Shown here: positions 27,376-33,600 of the stretch, piece after piece
Layout of the letters: the number at the start of each line of letters is the position of its first letter
How positions within the stretch are numbered: the first letter of the stretch is position 1
DNA from: a bacterium
GTDB lineage: Bacteria > SZUA-182 > DTGQ01
DNA: 33,600 nt
Direction: 5' to 3'
Assembly (NCBI GenBank): GCA_040752695.1
Contig: JBFMGO010000062.1
Location: forward strand, 1-33,600
Notes under the pieces: model-generated
Told to the model about the DNA's origin: nothing
Seen by the model: the letters and a program-made list of their open reading frames with translations, nothing else
Databases searched by the model: none
Translations under genes and position numbers: made by a program

Positions 27376-27874
27376 CTGAAACCCCTCACTCGGGGCATTG
27401 AATCTCGATAAATCGAAGCTGGCTGAATGTCTCATCAATCGCGGGAATTGAATCCCCATGACTGGTCCTGTAAACAGCAGAGATTTCATTGAAACGGTCA
27501 GTGATGTAGACGGCCATGGCTGGCCCGCCGTCCGAAGACAGAGCCCCGGCCATCAGATGAGCATGTCCATCCTCGTCGGCCAGAACTGGAAAAGGCAGGC
27601 CCCGCGTGCGCTTGACCCTATCAGCCTCCTGCACCGGCCCCTGGATTATGGCCAGCACCTCGGTATTTTCCTGTACCAGTTCGGCATAGTGCATGGTCAA
27701 CTCAGCCAGGAATTGCTGAACCGGCCCCATCTGAGCCAGGTCACCGGCAAAGACCATGATCAGGTTTTTACTACCGCGATAATCAGAAGGATGAATACTC
27801 TTTCCATCGAAAGAAGCCAGGTGGAAATCAGGGATAAGATTCCCCGGCTTCAGCCTGCATTGCTCTTCATGCAT
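27362..27874 (-). CDS. AhpC/TSA (redoxin)-fold protein, probable selenoprotein with C-terminal CxxU
   Basis: PDFHLASFDGKSIHPSDYRG, LPFPVLADEDG and VYITDRF redoxin signatures. Reading through the TGA at 27388-27386 gives IEIQCPE-U-GVSDWPV-TAG (170 aa). Confidence 0.78.
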
Positions 27875-27952
27875 GACACTACTATCCTCTTATAAGTGCC
27901 AGTTGTTTACTCCATTCTCCATACACATGGGATCGGCACATTTTTAAGAGAA

Positions 27953-30790
27953 TCACGAATGAATGCTGATAGTAATTACGGCCGAAGAGGCTAAAGAAGG
28001 TGATGGTCTGGAATGCAGTACCCACTCCTGAGGTTGCTGCTGGTTGGCGTCGAAAGAAACCTCGACTGCCAGAATATGTCTGTCTAATCGCTTCCACTTC
28101 TCATCAAGGGCAGGGGATGTGCCCTTCACTTCGAAGGCTTGCAGGTCTTCAGGAAAGGAGAAAAGCAAGGTTCCGTGACGATGGCCCAGGGGATGAAGGA
28201 GCACGGTAAGCTTCCCTACCCTCCCAGTCGTCAAGCCTGCCTTCTGCTTGTCTTTCTCGTCCTCGTCTTCGTTGTACCCGTATTCGTTATAATCATACTC
28301 TTTGTATCGCACATCGCTGACTTCGATCGCGCCCTGGGTGAAGTGCAGGTTACTGGCGAGAAGGAAAGGCTCTTTGCGGTCACTTCGGATGCCAAGAAGC
28401 CTGCAACCATGGGGAGGGATGGTGAGAGGAGGGAGCCCCGGCACCTGATCGAACCGGCTGGATTGGCCAGACCGGCTCAACCCCAGGCCGAAGCCGGAGC
28501 CGAGGCCAAGATACATTTCCTGCCAAAAGTCGTACGCATGATAGAGATGGCAGCCAGTACCGCTGTCTGCATCAACCCAGGGCTCTGCAGGAAACTCCAG
28601 GCAGTTAAAGTCCAGTGACAGGTCTTTTGGTTCATTCTCCCAGTTGAACAGACCAACCACGTGCCAGTGGTCAAAGCTGGTCTTTACCCCAAGATCGAGC
28701 ACCTGCGGCGGCCATGATGATCCGAAAAGGTCAAGGGGTACCGCAGCCTGCCCATAGGAAGGGATAATCCGGCTGAGGATAATGCGCGGGTCCCCCGGGC
28801 TATCCGCGTGGGCAAGATTATCTCCTATCGACAGATTATCTCCTATCGACAATAGTCCCCCTGACAGGGCAATGACCGTACTCAGGAAAAGCACTTCATC
28901 GCGGGTTAACCGAGTATCGTAATCGCGGACAATCAAAGAATCGGGATCATTGATCCACAGCCTGCCGTGGGTGAAATACCGGGCCAGGATATTGCGGATT
29001 GCATTGTCAGCCGCAGGCGCGCTCTTTTCCGGGTGGGTCCAGCCGGGGTAAACATCCGGACCGATGCGCATGGCATCGACCAACCCCGCTGACGGCCCAA
29101 GCGGCGCACCAGAGGCAATGATGAAGGCAGCAGCATCTTTCCCTGCACTACTACCCGAGACTGCATTTTCGCCAGAGCCTGCACCTGTGACAGCATTATC
29201 GTCTGAGCTCGCATCTTCGCCAGAGCCTGCACCTGAGTCTCTGCCTGAGTCTGCTCCTGCATCTGCGGCCTGCCGGATGGTCGAAAGCCCGAGGCGGTAG
29301 CCACTGGCCCTGGTCGCCTTGCGGTCATGGAAACAGCCCGGCAGGGTGGCACTGTAGAGAAAATCAAGCTTAAGGAGGCAAAAACCCCAATCGCGGGTTA
29401 CCTTTTCGATCAGTTCCTTCAACCACTTCAATACTCCAGGGTGGGTGGGATCAAGACCATAAAGCTCATCGTCCCAGTTCCGGCCTGCGGAGAGCAAATG
29501 GCCGCCCTGACCGCTGCCGCCCTTTTTACTGCCACGTTGGTTACTACCACCCTGACCGCTGTCACTATCCCAGCCATAGATCAGCCAATCAGGGTGCTCA
29601 CGGAAAAGCCTCGATTTTTCCTGTACCAGGAAAGGAGCAAGCCATAGGCCGGGCCAGAAACCTGCTTTTCGTATCTCCCTGGCCAGCATCCTCATTCCTC
29701 CGGGAAATTTCTTTTCATCAGCTTCCCAATCGCCAATGGCCACTTGGTACCCATCGTCAATCTGAAAGTAATCGAGGGGAAAGTTTTTTCTGTTCCGGGC
29801 TAACCAGGCCAGATTATCCAGGATAATCTGCTCGTTTATAGCACGAAAGTAACTCGACCATGAGCACCAGCCCATTGGCGGCCGCACGCCAATCCTGCCA
29901 ATACCCATCTCCAGCCTGATGTTTTCCACCCATGCAGTCAATCCTGCACCGGCAGCCAATGTTGCGCCAGCAGCAAATCCAGCGCCAGCAGCCAACCCTG
30001 CACCGGCAGCTAATTCTACATCGGCTGCCGGACCCGTGCTGGCAGAAAGGGCCGTGCCGGCAGAAAGATGTGCACCAGCAACCGGCCTTGCACCATAGAA
30101 GTCTGCGGGATTGCAGGAGAAGCCAATCATCAGCTTCTCGGAATGGAGTGTTTCTCCCGGATCGAGTTGGACATGATCCGCCATTGAGCGGGCACGAAAA
30201 AAGCGGTGCTGCTGGTCCGTATCTTCTCCCCAGCTGCATTCAATATGAGAAAATTGCTCTTTGCTGGTCACAAACCCCACGGTCAAAGCCTGACTGTTCT
30301 TTTCGTCTGTCAACACGCTGAGCCATTCGCTGATAAAGTGGCCGCGAGCCCTGGGAAGATCCTCCATCGACCAGGCGTGATTATAGCCTAAATGCAACTG
30401 GTTGCTGTTTATCGGCCTTATGGCTGCATCTGTTATCCCAAGAACATAGGCAGGGCTCCAGGACTGAAAGCCGTTGCACAGGCATCGCCAGTTACGCGTC
30501 CGGGTTGCAGGCAAAAGATCACCTCCAGAATCACCGGCCAGAGCCAGGGGCTCAAACCAGTCTACTGCTATGGTGCTGGCAGTTCGGTTGGTCAAAGAGA
30601 CCTGGAAAGTGGCAAGCGGCTGATCGTGATACAGGGTGATCTGCCAGCGGAGAAGCAGAAGTCCCGGACCGGCCGCGTTGCCTGTGACTGTATCTTGCTC
30701 CTGATCAGTGGCCTTGAGCAGAGTGATCTGAGTGCCCCGGCCATGCAGATCTTCGATCTGAGATTGGTTTTCCAGGGAAAGCTTTCCCAA
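27953..30790 (-). CDS. glycoside hydrolase family 36 (alpha-galactosidase-like); reading frame extends upstream to 31171
   Basis: NGFQSWS, PPMGWCSW, FQIDDGYQ, PGLWLAPF, LKLDF (nucleophile Asp), MRIGPD (acid/base Asp), WINDPD. Confidence 0.85.
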   Translation of the reverse strand: MGKLSLENQSQIEDLHGRGTQITLLKATDQEQDTVTGNAAGPGLLLLRWQITLYHDQPLATFQVSLTNRTASTIAVDWFEPLALAGDSGGDLLPATRTRNWRCLCNGFQSWSPAYVLGITDAAIRPINSNQLHLGYNHAWSMEDLPRARGHFISEWLSVLTDEKNSQALTVGFVTSKEQFSHIECSWGEDTDQQHRFFRARSMADHVQLDPGETLHSEKLMIGFSCNPADFYGARPVAGAHLSAGTALSASTGPAADVELAAGAGLAAGAGFAAGATLAAGAGLTAWVENIRLEMGIGRIGVRPPMGWCSWSSYFRAINEQIILDNLAWLARNRKNFPLDYFQIDDGYQVAIGDWEADEKKFPGGMRMLAREIRKAGFWPGLWLAPFLVQEKSRLFREHPDWLIYGWDSDSGQGGSNQRGSKKGGSGQGGHLLSAGRNWDDELYGLDPTHPGVLKWLKELIEKVTRDWGFCLLKLDFLYSATLPGCFHDRKATRASGYRLGLSTIRQAADAGADSGRDSGAGSGEDASSDDNAVTGAGSGENAVSGSSAGKDAAAFIIASGAPLGPSAGLVDAMRIGPDVYPGWTHPEKSAPAADNAIRNILARYFTHGRLWINDPDSLIVRDYDTRLTRDEVLFLSTVIALSGGLLSIGDNLSIGDNLAHADSPGDPRIILSRIIPSYGQAAVPLDLFGSSWPPQVLDLGVKTSFDHWHVVGLFNWENEPKDLSLDFNCLEFPAEPWVDADSGTGCHLYHAYDFWQEMYLGLGSGFGLGLSRSGQSSRFDQVPGLPPLTIPPHGCRLLGIRSDRKEPFLLASNLHFTQGAIEVSDVRYKEYDYNEYGYNEDEDEKDKQKAGLTTGRVGKLTVLLHPLGHRHGTLLFSFPEDLQAFEVKGTSPALDEKWKRLDRHILAVEVSFDANQQQPQEWVLHSRPSPSLASSAVITISIHS

Positions 30791-31208
30791 GTTGAGAGGG
30801 ATGCGGGTACTGGCAGGCTCGATAGGTCCGAGGGAATGAACGGTACCAAAAGGCTGGGTAGTTTCACGACACTGGATAGTTTCAAGGGGTTGGATTGTTT
30901 CGAGGGGTTGGACGGTTTCGGCGTGCTGGATAGTCTTCAGGATGTGCTGCTGCCCTTCCTGGCTGAAGGCTACCGCGCCAAAGATACCTTGCAGTATTGT
31001 TCGGCCCTGATCGAGGCTTTGACTGATTCTCCTCCTGAGGGATTGGCAGAGCTTGCGCTCCGCCGGGGTCGTGATATCGATCAGGCCGGTATTGAAGTTA
31101 ATTTTAAATGAAAGGAATCTGCCTATCAGGTAGATGCTTATGCCCTCCTTGACCTTATCGTTATTCGCCGGCTATGGAATCTTACCTTATCGAATCTGAA
31201 AGGTCTCT

Positions 31209-32501
31209 TTAATTTTGTGATCTGTGGTTACCGGCATGGAATATTCCCAGTCCGTGGCTGTCGGTTGATTTCAGGATAATTCCACGGAATAGCCAATATA
31301 TGATAAGGAATGGATTTAGGCAAGAATAAAGGTGGATTTTTTTAGAGTGCGGCGGGAGATTATAGCGGGCGGCGATCTCTTCTGCAGAAGGGAAGAGAAC
31401 CCGCAGGGAGGAGGTAATCGACCGGCTGAGCCGGTCATGAAGGAAAATACAGACCCCTTGCCTCAGGTCACGGTTATATCGTCCGCAAAGGATAGTCTGC
31501 CTGTTCAAGATATGACGAAGGAGATAAAAGCGCCAGGAATCCGGCATCGGCCTCACATGTTGATCGGGCTTGATGCGCCGGATTATTTTCTGTATATCGA
31601 TCTGCCTGTTACCCGGTATACCATTCTGTGTATCAAACAGATGTCCAATGATTGAAAGCACGAAGAGAAGATTATTCACCATCCCGATCTCCCTAGCTGT
31701 TTGATAGAGATAGGTATCATCCAGCCGATCACCCCATTGGATGAGCAACTGATAGAGGTCGACGAATTGTTTCAAGTAACAATACGATGAGGCATGAATC
31801 TGGATAGTCAGGTAGATAAGCAGATCCTCAGGGGCAAGCGAAAAAAAACTCCGATGGCGAAGGTCCTGGTCCTCAATCCTGATCTCTTTTGCCTGCTGCC
31901 ACCACCGCTCTTGAGGGAGAGCCGGGTAATTCCTTGCCTTGGCCAGTCTCCAATGAAGATCGACATAGATTCGGGTGTAGGGATAGTATCGATAAAATGA
32001 TATACTATATTCATTCTCTCGAGAAAAGCTTTCCTTCGAGGCAACTTTGAGCTCATAACCGATCTTTTGGAGAAGCTCTCCAGCCATCTCAGTATCCTTT
32101 GGTCTAATCCAGATGTCCAGGTCATTGAACGCTCGCAGAGTAACATCCGGATAAAGCAGTCTGGCCAGAAAAATCCCTTTGAGGGGAATCGCCTTTACTC
32201 CCCCTTCGGAAAAGGTCTCCAGGATACGGTTCATCTCATGAGACAGAATAAGATGACGGGCCAGATGCCGGTGCCAATTCTCACGAAATTTCCGGACCTC
32301 GTCTGCTGCAACCTCCGACCATCCGGTATTCTCCATAGAGCGGTAAACGGCTGGGAATACATCGTGAAAGAGGGCCAGTTCCAGTACCCTGCTCCACTTG
32401 ACCTGCCCTCGATATTTTGCTCCCACGACCAGTCGGGGGGTATCATCCTGGTCAGAACGGGGAATAGCATACTGTAAGACAATCGCCTCCTCTATGGTCA
32501 T
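31209..32501 (-). CDS. nucleotidyltransferase family protein (NTP_transf_5-like)
   Basis: IPLKGIFLARLLYP...RAFNDLDIWI, VDLHWRL, LAPEDLLIYL. Confidence 0.75.
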   Translation of the reverse strand: MTIEEAIVLQYAIPRSDQDDTPRLVVGAKYRGQVKWSRVLELALFHDVFPAVYRSMENTGWSEVAADEVRKFRENWHRHLARHLILSHEMNRILETFSEGGVKAIPLKGIFLARLLYPDVTLRAFNDLDIWIRPKDTEMAGELLQKIGYELKVASKESFSRENEYSISFYRYYPYTRIYVDLHWRLAKARNYPALPQERWWQQAKEIRIEDQDLRHRSFFSLAPEDLLIYLTIQIHASSYCYLKQFVDLYQLLIQWGDRLDDTYLYQTAREIGMVNNLLFVLSIIGHLFDTQNGIPGNRQIDIQKIIRRIKPDQHVRPMPDSWRFYLLRHILNRQTILCGRYNRDLRQGVCIFLHDRLSRSITSSLRVLFPSAEEIAARYNLPPHSKKIHLYSCLNPFLIIYWLFRGIILKSTDSHGLGIFHAGNHRSQN

Positions 32502-32623
32502 AGTATTGCATCACCAGTGGTTAGGGACAGTTGCCTGCCAAGCTGCATAGATAAAATGAAACAATAATGTCCCGATGAGAAATAAAAAGGAAGATGTATT
32601 TGGCAATTCACACGAAACATTCT

Positions 32624-33600
32624 CTAAACATTCCCTGCCCAAGTAGTGTCTTTATCCTTGAACAGTTGTTTCTCTCCCTCATCTTTCCCTGGCCTTTCAT
32701 CTTCATCCTCAAGATCAACAATTCGTTCAAATCGAAAGTGTGTATTTTCCCTCTGTAGTTGAGGCTTATATTCAGGCACAATTTCACATAATTTTAATTG
32801 TATTCCCCTGCTGTCATGTCTTTTGGCCAGGGCTAACAGTTCATCGATTTTTTCTTCCAGATTACGGGATGACGATCCATTCCCCTCGCCGTTGCTCCTC
32901 AAGACCATGAGCTTATCGTGAGAGGTGGGGACAATTCCTTCCCCTTCGGTAATAAGCTCTTCGTAGAGTTTTTCTCCAGGCCGCAGGCCGGTGATATGAA
33001 TACCGATATCTTTGTCAGGCTCAAGACCCGACAACCGGATCAGATCCCTGGCCATGTCCACGATCTTGACCGGTCTGCCCATTTTCAGGATATAGATATC
33101 TCCGCTCTCACCAATGGCTCCTGCTTGAAGGATGAGTTGCACAGCCTCACTGATAGTCATAAAGTAGCGGGTAACCTCAGGGTGAGTAACGGTTACCGGC
33201 CCGCCGTGAGCAATCTGCCACTTGAAGAGTGGAATAACGCTGCCCGCGCTTCCGATTACGTTCCCGAATCGAACGGCTATGATCTTGGTCATGGTAGTGG
33301 ATGTAGCCGATGTTCCTGATGCTGCTGATAGTGCTGATGTAATTGATGTGGCTGATGTTCCTGATGCCGCTGATAGTGCCGATATATTTGATGTGGTCGA
33401 AGAAGCTGGAGCGGTTGAGGATGCTTCATGCACAGGGCCGGCTTCTTTTAGCTTTAACGATGTTTCTTTGTGCTTGAGTTGCACGATAATTTCAGCCACC
33501 CTTTTGCTTGCACCCATTACATTGGTCGGCCTTACCGCTTTATCCGTAGAAACCAGGACAAATCTTTCGACTTTGGCCTCCAATGCTGCCTCAAGGACGT
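32624..33600 (-). CDS. polysaccharide biosynthesis nucleotide-sugar dehydratase (CapD/PglF/WbpM family), 3' part only
   Basis: VSTDKAVRPTNVMGASKR, AVRFGNVIGSAGSVIPLF, TRYFMTISEAVQL, GLRPGEKLYEEL. The 5' end lies beyond the window. Confidence 0.92.
   Translation of the reverse strand, partial: VLEAALEAKVERFVLVSTDKAVRPTNVMGASKRVAEIIVQLKHKETSLKLKEAGPVHEASSTAPASSTTSNISALSAASGTSATSITSALSAASGTSATSTTMTKIIAVRFGNVIGSAGSVIPLFKWQIAHGGPVTVTHPEVTRYFMTISEAVQLILQAGAIGESGDIYILKMGRPVKIVDMARDLIRLSGLEPDKDIGIHITGLRPGEKLYEELITEGEGIVPTSHDKLMVLRSNGEGNGSSSRNLEEKIDELLALAKRHDSRGIQLKLCEIVPEYKPQLQRENTHFRFERIVDLEDEDERPGKDEGEKQLFKDKDTTWAGNV

Noticed and set aside
30392..31111. 239-aa plus-strand ORF
   Set aside because: Antisense shadow of the GH36 gene and its open upstream extension.
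31172..31189. Pyrrolysine or amber readthrough linking ATG 31237 to the GH36 frame
   Set aside because: An in-frame TAA lies five codons before the TAG, so amber readthrough alone cannot join them.

Overview
Chromosomal segment of an anaerobic bacterium (lineage not assignable from sequence alone). It starts with toxin-antitoxin (TA)-like debris and an Rpn/PD-(D/E)XK nuclease gene. Next comes a flavin/Fe-S electron-transfer operon, hdrC - large hdrA (HdrL type: two fused HdrA units with an inserted GltD/NfnB-like NAD(P)H domain) - flxD-flxC-flxB-flxA, with no hdrB anywhere in the window. A Wood-Ljungdahl carbonyl-branch/CFeSP cluster follows (cooC, acsE, acsD, acsC, cooS, acsB), with cooC stranded among intact, orphan and decayed TA genes and a small MITE-like element. 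After it are a divergent chorismate-synthase homolog, a HAD hydrolase, a beta-carbonic anhydrase and a biotin carboxylase. On the minus strand run a CapD/PglF-like sugar dehydratase (partial), an NTP_transf_5-like nucleotidyltransferase, a GH36 glycosidase full of tandem-duplication inserts with an apparently broken start codon, and a redoxin-fold gene whose TGA 'stop' very probably encodes selenocysteine (CPE-U-GVSDWPV, followed by a SECIS-like hairpin). Best leads: the hidden selenoprotein, the HdrB-less HdrL-Flx complex as a possible NADPH/NADH/ferredoxin hub for the Wood-Ljungdahl pathway, and the AroC homolog with an altered active site. All family calls rest on motif recognition by eye; no database search was run.
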